From Octopus sinensis (taxonomy: Eukaryota), in contig NW_021834588.1 of the NCBI RefSeq assembly GCF_006345805.1, forward strand, positions 1-46,182: DNA of 46,182 nucleotides, given 5' to 3'. The notes below the pieces were generated by a model. That model was given only the letters and a program-made list of their open reading frames with translations, was not told the origin of the DNA and did no database searches. Below, in pieces: positions 36,488-46,182 of this stretch (the stretch's first letter is position 1; each line of letters starts with the position of its first letter). The translations under genes and the position numbers were made by a program.

Positions 36488-36544
<57 letters not shown>

Positions 36545-36672
36545 ATATATGTATTATATGTTATATATAGTGAGTGTGTGTATGTAAATGCATATGTACT
36601 CGTATGTTTGTGTTTCTTTTATGCATGAAACCACACTCATTTATATTTGTATGCATATATATGCATACATAC

Positions 36673-36729
<57 letters not shown>

Positions 36730-36740
36730 ATATATATATA
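34320..36740. repeat. Cluster of (TA)n, (CA)n and (ATG)n/(AAT)n tracts
   Basis: Tracts at about 34320-34520, 34880-35100, 35145-35290, 35345-35770 and 36420-36740. Confidence 0.9.
35971..36013 (+). other. Potential G-quadruplex-forming sequence
   Basis: GGGCGGGGTGGGGGTGAGAGGGAGAGGG..GGGGTGGG: seven runs of three or more G with short loops. Confidence 0.6.
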
Positions 36741-37163
36741 GGCGTTGATATGATTAAAGGGTTCGCTGTATAACCACGAGTTTTCCGGTTCGATCCCTCT
36801 GCATGGCAGTCTCGAACATGTGTTTGCAACTAAAATATTGATGCTGCCGTTCTGTTTGGAATGGGTTTTGGTCGATCGAAACTGCAGAAGCATTGTATAC
36901 ATGAAACACGGACTCACACACGCGCGCGCACACACACTCATACACACATATGTCTGTATTTATGCCAAACAGCGTCTAAAAAATCGTTGTTTTGTATGTG
37001 TGTTTAGTGGGGCAAAAGTATGTGTGTTGGATAAAATGTTAACGCATCTTCAGGATCAGGAAATAATGTCTTAGTCCAAAGAATGGAGTCCGAATTCTTT
37101 CCTATGCTTAAGAATTTCAAGAGCCAGCGATGGGTAGAAAAACTAATGGTGACTGTTTGGTGG

Positions 37164-37345
37164 ATTTTTTGCTAACTCTGTGATTTCATTATGGGTACAC
37201 GATTCGTTCGTGCAATAGCAAGCCAATTTCCTATGTCAATCTGGTTTATTTTCTTGAAGTTTCTCAAATATGTCTCTACTGTAAAAGCGAGCTGTGCATT
37301 GAGACGCTCGACAAAGTTAGAGAAGCCATTAAGACGAGGAGGACG
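37164..37345 (-). mobile_element. R4-like LINE fragment homologous to 43010-43090
   Basis: Minus strand reads ..QIDIGNWLAIARTN..NEITELAKN. Identical 42-bp and 27-bp blocks are shared with the 42250-43620 element. Confidence 0.75.
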
Positions 37346-37975
37346 AGGAAGAGTTTGAAAAACGATCAATGCTCAATATGACAATGTGAGATTGAAAACA
37401 TGTTTGGCAAGACATTAGGCATTGGGGAAATTGTAGTTTACAGTCGTACCTAAATAAGGTGTAATAAATACAAAAGACAATGAAGAGAAAAATGCAATAA
37501 TGAGAAAAGAATGGTTCTGCCTATCCAGAAGAACATTTATCAAGGAGGAATTTCGTGTGCAATTAAGACTTCTCTGCAATTTACGTTGTCTTCAACTTTT
37601 GCAGGATTAGCGTAAAATTGTATAATACGCTGATACCGTTGACCGCTGATGCACCGACTGCTCACATCGAAGATAATGATATCCGATTAGAGGGTCGTAA
37701 ATGATGTTTCAATGGGATGTATGGCTATAAATCTATTGGTCATGGGGACAGTTACTGAAGACAATGATAAAATGAATATCTTAGAAAAGGGTGGATTGAT
37801 TACCGAAAACCCTTTCAAAGTATACAAAAGCCCTCGATATCGAAGATAGTATGATAATATAAGACAGTTACAATATCGCAGCATTATCAATACCACATCA
37901 GTCTCTACTTGATAACAATAGAATACCTAATCCTGATTACAAATTGATCTCAATAGTAAATGGTCGATAATTAAA

Positions 37976-38006
<31 letters not shown>

Positions 38007-38271
38007 GCTGGATACTGTGCAGAAAATAATATTGAGAATCAGAGATATAACGTTGATATCAAAATGAATAAGAAGTTTCAGAGATATGACAACCGTACAT
38101 GAAATGTCAAAAGTATTAAAACTCATTCTACGAATTTAGATTTCAACGGCGGAATCAAATCATTAGAACAGAATGATATAAGCTTAAATGTTCGTACACC
38201 TAAAATGAACGACATACAAAGACACGGAATAACAAAATACTATAACAGGAGATTCATTTTCATATCCAAAA

Positions 38272-38394
38272 TATTCTTTTCTACTCTAAGCACAAGGCCC
38301 AAAACTGGTATTTAATTTATCGGCCCTAAGGGTTGAAAGGCAAAGTCGACCTCGGTGGAATTTGAACTCAGAACGTAAAGACAGACGAAATACC
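38272..38394 (-). mobile_element. SINE family B, 3' portion with an internal deletion, fused to the next copy
   Basis: On the minus strand it starts at GGTATTTCGTC directly after the GAAATA tail of the 38395 copy. Confidence 0.8.
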
Positions 38395-38627
38395 TATTTC
38401 CTTACTACCTACAATGGGCTAAACACAGAGGGGACAAACAAGGACAGACAAACGGATTAAGTCGATCACATCGACCCCAGAGCGTAACTGGTACTTATTT
38501 AATCGACCCCGAAAGGATGAAAGGCAAAGGCGACCTCGGCGGAATTTGAACTCAGAACCTAACGGTAGACGAAATACCGCTAAGCATTTCACTCGGCGTG
38601 CTAACGATTCTGCCAGCTCACCGCCTT
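38395..38627 (-). mobile_element. SINE family B, long-tail variant, full length
   Basis: Reverse complement aligns end to end with 9147-9377 and 40921-41151. Confidence 0.92.
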
Positions 38628-38633
38628 TATATA

Positions 38634-38849
38634 TTGCTACTCTAGGGACAAGGCTTTGAAAACTTAAGGGGAAGGGGGTTAATCGATTATATCGACCCCA
38701 GTGCGTAACTGATACTTATTTCATCGATCCCAAAAGGATAAAAAGGAAAGTCGATCTCGGCGGAATTTGAACTCAGAACAGTAGCGACGGGTGAAATACC
38801 GCTAAGCATTTCGCGCGGCATTCCTACGATTCTGCTAGCTCGCCACCTT
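38634..38849 (-). mobile_element. SINE family B, short-tail variant, full length
   Basis: AAGGTGGCGAGCTAGCAGAA head, B core, ..CCTTGTCCCTAGAGTAG tail. Confidence 0.88.
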
Positions 38850-38949
38850 TTTATACCCAAAATATCATTGGTAAAATCATTGAAAAAAGGTTTAGCTATC
38901 CCGGTCATAATTGATAGCTAGAATGCTATAAAATGGTTAAAATACATGG

Positions 38950-39432
38950 ATGGTAACTTTGTTCTTTGGTAATAACTTGTGGACATACACGTTCTTGAAG
39001 AATAAATTGAATGATAGGTACATCTATCCTATTTATTCTAAAAGACAAAGCAGAAACTAACTGCCATTTATTTCAATAACGGAGATAATGGCAGAGCTTC
39101 AGGTTATCGAAAAAGAAAGACACTGTACCAGTGAACTCTACTTAAACTATGAATTACACCATCCATACTGTGTAAAGACAGGATTTGATCACATGGATAT
39201 CGTCTGCTTATCCAGAAAAAATAAATTGTCTAAGAACAATTATCGTTCAAAGTGTCACAGAAACTCTAAAGAAAAAGTAGAGGTCAAACGAAATTCAGTT
39301 CTACCAAAACCTAACTGCAAGTCAGTGGCCTTTAAAATTCTAAGGAATTGCCACACAATACAGCAAAACATATTTTCCCAAAGCATAACTACACTGTGTA
39401 GGTTCTTTACCCAAGAACAGCGACTACAATAA
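38950..39432 (+). mobile_element. Degenerate Penelope-like element, RT thumb region
   Basis: N*LPF..(YRK in a shifted frame)..TSELYLNYELHHPYCVKTG resembles the PLE motif LPFLD..VYRKPT.T..YL.F.SHHP...K.G. Downstream KNNY..VLP..TTLCRFF is also compatible. Confidence 0.55.
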
Positions 39433-39597
39433 GCCTGCATCCACGAAATTTAGGACAAAGGACAAACTGAGAAACTTCTAAACATGAGAACAGAGAAGGT
39501 TTATGAGAAACAAATATTTAATCAGGGATGGTTGAAAATACATTATGAAAAACAAAAAAAAAAAAAGATATCCCATATCGATCCCGAAGGAGATATA

Positions 39598-39768
39598 GGC
39601 GCAGGAGTGGCTGTGTGGTAAGTAGCTTGCTAACCAACCACATGGTTCCGGGTTCAGTCCCACTGCGTGGCATCTTGGGCAAGTGTCTTCTGCTATAGCC
39701 CCGGGCCAACCAATGACTTGTGAGTGGATTTGGTAGACGGAAACTGAAAGATGCCTGTCGTATATATG

Positions 39769-39799
<31 letters not shown>

Positions 39800-40013
39800 T
39801 TGTGTGTCTGTGTTTGTCCCCCTAGCATTGCTTGACAACCGATGATGGTGTGTTTACGTCCCCGTCACTTAGTGGTTCGGCAAAAAGAGACCGATAGAAT
39901 AAGTACTGGGCTTACAAAGAATAAGTCCCGGGGTCGATTTGCTCGACTAAAGGCGGTGCTCCAGCATGGCCGCAGTCAAATGACTGAAATAAGTAAAAGT
40001 AAAAGTAAAAGTA
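39598..40013 (+). mobile_element. SINE family A, full length, (GTAAAA)n tail
   Basis: Aligns end to end with the 9511 copy. Confidence 0.92.
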
Positions 40014-40920
40014 AGTAGAATGTTCATATGTCAAAGGAAGCTAGAATGGAAACTTAAAAATATGAAAAGAAAAAAATGAGTAGTATACTTTTCAAGATAT
40101 TGTCTGACATACATAAATGGTTTTAATATTATTTAAAAAAAAATAAAAACGAAATATTGCAAGTTATATGAAATACTACAGGTCGAAGGTTAGTATTTTC
40201 ATCTTGCATTCCAGTCCCCTGAGAAAAGGGTCCTAACCTAGAAATATTGAAATACAAGGCCCCAAAAGTAATAACTATTCACCTGTATTATTTCTAAGAA
40301 CTTATATTGTTTGGGCTTTATAAAAGAATAATGACAGGAGTAGCGCATATATCGAAATAATATGGAAATATATACGAAAATATAAAAATTCTTTCATCTG
40401 TAAATATGAGGTGAATAATCTGATAAAAACAAAACACAAAATAATTGTATTAAAAAATTTAGAGGCCGTTTAAATCATTGAAAATTATTTGATCTGAATA
40501 TCTTAAACAGAACTCAAGGAGATTAATCTCATTATTTCTGATTTCATCATTCTAAGGCAGATATAAATAGACAAAATCAGATAATTAGGAAGACATCAGC
40601 AAAACATCAGAGAAGTATCATGACGGTTAGTATTGGGAAAAATAATACGGAGATTAAAAATGAAAACGGATTAATAGCGCAACACGAACGTCTAAGCCAA
40701 AAATGTTTCTTGTGATTACGTCTTCCAAAAAGGAACAATTACGTTTGATTCGACCTGATTCAGCGAAATCTCACTTACAGTACTTGTGCAGATTGAAGGC
40801 TAAGGTAGGAATTACGTGCCTATGGTAAGGTACCGCAGAGCAAGATCGAATCTGGCAACACTTAGTATGGGGTTTACAGGATGCGAAGATTACATAAGAT
40901 GGCCACTTTATATAACTTTA

Positions 40921-41151
40921 GGCGGCGAACTGGCAGAAACGTTAGCGTGCCGCGCGAAATGCGAAGCCGTATTTCGTCTGCCGTTACATTCTGAGTTCAA
41001 ATTCCGCCGAGGTCGACTTTGCCTTTCATCCTTTCGGGGTCGATAAATTAAGTACCAGTTACGCACTGGGGTCGATGTAATCGACTAAATCCCTTTGTCT
41101 GTCCTTGTTTGTCCCCTCTGTGTTTAGCCCCTTGTGGGTAGTAAAGAAATA
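40921..41151 (+). mobile_element. SINE family B, long-tail variant, full length
   Basis: Near-identical to 9147-9377. Probable 9-bp TSD TATATAACT (40909-40917, 41152-41160). Confidence 0.92.
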
Positions 41152-41679
41152 TATATAACTGTATTTGATGTAGTCCAAGATGTTACGTTTAAAGAAAAAG
41201 GGAATGCCAATTTGGCTACTGCATAGGGCAGACAAATCACGAGATTATTTTTTTTACTTGTTCTCGTCTTTGAACTGCAACATATATCAACACTAAATAC
41301 AAACTATCTTATTTCTGCCATCGGAGGTACTCCTTGACGGCTGCAACAAAATTTACAGACTCAGAATTTCTGATGTTCAAATATTTTTTAAAAGTTTCGT
41401 ATAAGAGTTAGGTTATGTTAAAAAACCCAACATTTATGTTATTTACCTATTAAGCGTGTTTAATTCTATGTACGTATCAGGAGATAAAAGCGTTAGAATA
41501 TTTTTTTAATTTAGCGAAATCAGATGGGTGGAAGGTGAACAGTGAAGGAGGGATTTGAAACCGCGCTCCTCTTCCATGCCTGCATCCTTAAAGCTTTCAT
41601 CTTATAACTTCATAATCCTAATGATATTGTATTCTCTTTTCTTCCCTTTCTGTCTATCTCTTGTCTTGGTCTCTTCACA

Positions 41680-41810
<131 letters not shown>

Positions 41811-42107
41811 GCAAAGTTGGTCGTTCATCGAGAAGCGATACCTACCACACGTTGATAATAGGCAATACACCTTGAAACCTAGGTCCGTGTGTGGTATCGG
41901 CTTCTTGGTGGGTGATCTCCCTTTGCAGGATAGAGGACGCCGTGATGGCGTCAGGCCTATCTGGTGACGTTGATGTTCGCCTGGGGCTAAAGGCAACAGT
42001 GACACCCCCACCACCCTGCCCTGTCCCTAGCCATATTCGGTTGGCTAATATCCCTTATATTACGGAGCAGTCACTGTCTATATCTCATTTAGAGAATTAT
42101 TATTGCC

Positions 42108-42152
<45 letters not shown>

Positions 42153-42249
42153 CGTGTATATATAAGATGTGGTTAGGAAAATACTGGAACAAAGTTCATC
42201 CCCAACTGAAGAATTTTTATTGTGGTGACAAGCATTTTTCTTTCATAAA

Positions 42250-43620
42250 CAATGTCTTGCTCTTGTGATATAACTCGATATTCTCAAACTACTGAGAGCT
42301 GGCCAAAACCTACCTGATGAGAGACCGAAATTAATGTAAGCAAACCGAGTCAACAGAGACGACTGTGAAATATATTCAAGTAAGAAACATTCTGAAACCA
42401 CAAGTCGGAGAAAACTTTTGTATTCTCTGGAATCTATTCTTAAGCGACAAGCCATTCCTAACAAGATGAAGAAAAACATCCAGCAGCTCTAATGTTAAAA
42501 TCTTTTAACAATGTCGCTGGAGAGCACATGGAATGATGAGATGTTAATTGCAGGAATATTAATACTCTCATATACACACCTGCTTTCACTCTGAAAGAAC
42601 ACCTAGGAGACATCTGCAGAATACATGTTTATGAAGCTACTACACGGAAGCAACCTAGATGGGAAACAAAGCATGAAATATAATTAACCACGATAATAAA
42701 ATGTAAGAGGAATAATGAGTTTACACCTAATCACTTTCAGCTTATGAATAAATTAACAGAATTCTACGGTGACTCTTCACACCTGTCGCTTGAGGGAAGA
42801 TTAATTACTCTAAAACACAAACTTAGGGCGCTGTGTGAATATCTCCATAACCGTAGGCAAATTTTGAAGGAGGCTGTATAAATGACAACTTTGCTTCTAA
42901 CTCACTGACATTATACGGAAAGATGAGAAAGGAGAAATATCACCTTTCAGAAAGACTGACATTTTATAGGAAACCGCTAATATCTATATTCAAAAGTACG
43001 ACTTAAGGTCAGATTGACATAGGAAATTGGCTTGCTATTGCACGAACGAATAGTGTAACCAATAATGAAATCACAGAGTTAGCAAAAAATTATAAGCCTA
43101 TTACTTCACAAAAAGATACGTACAAACTATACACGCGCTGCCTGAACCAATTACTCCAAGCTTATTGTGATTCCAACAACACAGTGACTGATGAACAGAT
43201 CGGGGGAAAGAAGGGAGTGTGCGAATGTGCGGAACGACGTTTGATAAAGCTGTACTGTCTCAAGTGAAAAAAATTTCTAAGAACCTTGCACCAACGTACC
43301 TTGATTATAGGAAGGCATTTCACTTTATTCTCCGATCAAGAAGTAAATACATTTGGCAAAACTGCCTGCTGGCTTAATTTCTGCCACTAAAATCTTCACA
43401 AGGACGTGGGTAAAAATTCTTATACTTAGAACTAAGACCAGAACTGTCATCACAAATGTTACAAATAGTTCAAAGAGAATATTCCAAGGAGATATCTTTC
43501 TGTAGTTCTGTTCATTTTGGCACTAAATCCATTATCAGTCAGACTGGATAAGGCTGGATTTTCGGAAAACGAAGTCGACCAGCTTACAGGCACATTACAA
43601 ATATAACCTGTTAGTGGAAC
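42250..43620 (+). mobile_element. Degenerate R4/Dong-like LINE, pre-RT region and RT domains 1-4
   Basis: NWLAIARTN..ELAKNYKPITSQKDTYKLYT..DEQIGGKKG..KNLAPTYLDYRKAF..RIFQGD/SVVLFILALNPLS. Many stops and frameshifts. Confidence 0.8.
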
Positions 43621-43793
43621 TGTAAAAATATGCAAGACTTATAGTTTATAATTTAACATTATTTTTGTTATCGACATTCCAACAATGTAGTTTTGTATGT
43701 GTTAGATAGCAGCACATTCTGCAGAGGAAGAATTTAATGATTAGAACCAACGTAAATACATCCACACTCGCATACATATATACATACATACGC

Positions 43794-43896
43794 ATGTATG
43801 TATGTATGTATGTATGTATGTATGTATGTATGTATGTATGTATGTATGTATGTATGTATGTATGTATGTATGTATTTATGTATGTATGTATTTATG

Positions 43897-43927
<31 letters not shown>

Positions 43928-43948
43928 TTATGTATGTATGTATGTATG

Positions 43949-43979
<31 letters not shown>

Positions 43980-44408
43980 TTATGTATGTATGTATGTATG
44001 TATTTATTTATGTATGTGTGTATGTATGTATGTATGTATGTATGTATGTATGTATGTATTTATGTATGTATTTATGTATGTATGTATGTATTTATGTATG
44101 TATGTATGTATGTATGTATTTATGTATGTATGTATGTATTTATGGAGTATGTATGTATTTATGTATGTATTTATGTATGTATGTATGTATTTATGTATGT
44201 ATGTATGTATTTATGTATGTATTTATTATGTATGTATTTATGTATGTATGTATGTATGTATGTATGTATGTATGTATGTATGTATTAAATGTATGTATGT
44301 ATGTATGTATGTATTTATGTATTATGTATTTCATGTATGTATGTATGTATGTATGTTCTATGTATGTTGTATGTATGTATGTATGTATTATGTATGTATG
44401 TATTTATG

Positions 44409-44439
<31 letters not shown>

Positions 44440-44797
44440 TTATGTATGTATGTATGTATGTATGTATTTATGTATGTATGTATGTATGTATGTATGTATG
44501 TATGCATGCATGCATGTATGTATGTATGTATGCATGCATGTATGTATGTATGTATGTATGTATGTATGTATGTATGTATGTATGTATGTATGTATGTGTG
44601 TGTGTATGTATGTATGTATGTATGTATGTATTTATGTATGTATGTATGTATGTATTTATGTATGTATGTATTTATGTATATATGTATGTATGTATGTATT
44701 TATGTATGTATGTATGTATGTATGTATGTGTGTGTGTGTATGTATGTATGTATGTATGTATGTATGCACGTATGTATGCATGTATGTATGTATGTAT
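43794..44797. repeat. ~1-kb (ATGT)n array with ATTT/GCAT/GTGT variants
   Basis: Direct read. It explains the 351- and 361-aa MYVC ORFs. Confidence 0.97.
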
Positions 44798-45749
44798 ACA
44801 CAATTAGAGTTAAAGGAATCTCTACTATCGCTCAGTTACAGACTGTTTTATTTTTGACTTTAATTTCCGTATTGCATGTATAAAAGATTGTGAAGAACCT
44901 ATCAGTTCTTGTCAAGTTAATTTCAAATTCAAATCTAAAAGAGTTTGAGAATACTTACAACAGTTGCTTCCTATTTCAACAGAATTTTGTCTTGGATAGA
45001 AGGATGCGTGTTAATAGAACAAAAATACTGAACTAACGAATAATGAGCCCGTTTCTTACTTAAAAAGGGAAGATTTTGATTGATCTATTGAACAAGAAGA
45101 CATGCAATTTCATTTTCCTTCAGCTTTTCATGTAATAAGCTAGGATCGTTATATAAATATAAAGAACTTGTAAGAAGTCGGGAAAAAACGAGTATAGTAA
45201 TGATAGCTTTTAAATGGTTTCTCGCAGATGTTGCTGTTACAAGTGCATATTAATCAAATGGCGTTCCATACCAGGAACACAGAACCGGACTTTAATATAC
45301 ATAATCAGAGAATAGAAATGAACCAAAATACTTTTTCCTATTTGAAGGAGGCCATCAGTGAACGAACAATTTAAATTATGACAGGCAACATATCTAAAAT
45401 GTTTTGAATAAAATCTACAGATTATTTTAACTGGATATATAAATACATACAATGTTGCAGTGAGAATTGTAATAACAGAGAAAAGGTATTTGGAGTTTAA
45501 ATTCTACTCGTTGTGTTAAATGTTTTTTATATGCTAGTAAGGTAGCAGTATTTCGTTTTGTAAACACAATAAACTGCTATGTATATTATATGTTCATTAA
45601 GTCAAAAATGTGTCCCAACGTGTGTTAACAGTGCTTGTTATTTTAGTTTAATGTTATCTATATAGAATTTCTATAGAATTCAGAGCCAACGCTTTAAGTT
45701 ATGACCTTTTGTAAACGAGCAGATTTCTTCGATCGAAGATAAAGAAGGT

Positions 45750-45800
45750 AAAGGCTGTACATTCATATTTCGTGGATTATTGTCCTCTCATCAGCACTTT
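45750..45800 (-). ncRNA. Minimal type I hammerhead ribozyme motif, partly degenerate
   Basis: Minus strand: AAAGUG-CUGAUGA-GAGGA(CAAUAA)UCCAC-GAAA-UAUGAAU-GUA-CAGCCUUU. Core intact; stem II has one mismatch and stem I has a 2-nt bulge. Confidence 0.65.
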
Positions 45801-45862
45801 ATATAACCAATCAACTATCCGCTAAGAGATTATTTTAATGCCTACTAGACGTTGGTTGGATG

Positions 45863-45908
45863 AGGTGCTGATGAGAGAGCATTAATCTCGAAATATGCAT
45901 GTACACCT
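45863..45908 (+). ncRNA. Minimal type I hammerhead ribozyme motif
   Basis: AGGUG-CUGAUGA-GAGA(GCAUUAA)UCUC-GAAA-UAUGCAU-GUA-CACCU. Stem I 5 bp, stem II 4 bp, stem III with palindromic AUGCAU. Predicted cleavage after A45903. Confidence 0.85.
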
Positions 45909-46182
45909 GTCTTCGATAGAATTGTTTGTTTGGATTTGTTTGCTTACGAAACGTCGTAACTGACTGTATTGGCTCTGAATTGTATAGAAAATATATGGCG
46001 ATAACCTTAAATTGATATTATAGTGCAGTATCTGTACGCAGATAATTTGCTAAACCAAACGACAGTCATTTCTAAATTTTCTTTATTTCGTTGCTGATCC
46101 TGGAATATTTTGTCATTCACAAGTAGGTTATTAACAATTCTAAGGTTCGTAGAACTCGCAGTTCCTGAATTGGTCACATCTT

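Larger units (their letters stand above)
45647..46011. mobile_element. Diverged ~365-bp inverted repeat made of two back-to-back hammerhead-containing units (Penelope pLTR-like)
   Basis: Arms align block by block: TTTAA.GTTATC, TTTCTATA.AATTCAGAGCCAA, AGTTA.GAC.TTT.GTAA, TACAT.CATATTTC and CTCTCATCAGCAC. Central spacer about 30 bp. Confidence 0.75.

Noticed and set aside
41980-42055. HDV-like ribozyme (P4-like hairpin followed by CTAA)
   Set aside because: I could not place P1, P2 and P3 with the correct order and spacing.
42305-42345. Hammerhead-like CTGATGA-GAGACC-GAAA
   Set aside because: Stem II is at most 1 bp and no stem I partner follows the possible GUA. It lies within a LINE relic.
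43737-44883. Long ORFs of 172-361 aa (MYVC repeats), and similar YLSI, IYIY, poly-L/K/S ORFs elsewhere
   Set aside because: They are translations of stop-free microsatellites, not genes.
44959-45031. Minus-strand HPSIQDKI resembling the cytochrome P450 J-helix, next to a GTAAGT donor
   Set aside because: An in-frame stop follows, there is no I-helix motif upstream, and an 8-residue match is compatible with chance.

Overview
Eukaryotic, AT-rich, microsatellite-saturated non-coding DNA (intron or intergenic). The SINE families point to an octopod cephalopod (Octopus); this is inferred from recalled repeat families, not from a database search. No intact protein-coding gene is visible, and almost all supplied ORFs are translations of simple repeats or SINEs. 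The window holds about 30 tRNA-headed SINE copies or fragments in four families, several with target-site duplications. It also has decayed LINE relics (five R4/Dong-like, one L1/Tx1-like, one Penelope-like), a TTAA-flanked piggyBac-type MITE, a Helitron-like 3' end and three weak splice-site-defined exon candidates. The most interesting signal is three minimal type I hammerhead-ribozyme motifs of the Penelope-associated kind. One (33020-33062, minus) sits in the loop of a perfect 30-bp inverted repeat. The other two (45750-45800 minus, 45863-45908 plus) lie back-to-back as the arms of a ~365-bp diverged inverted repeat, so transcription in either direction would read one ribozyme plus its antisense partner.
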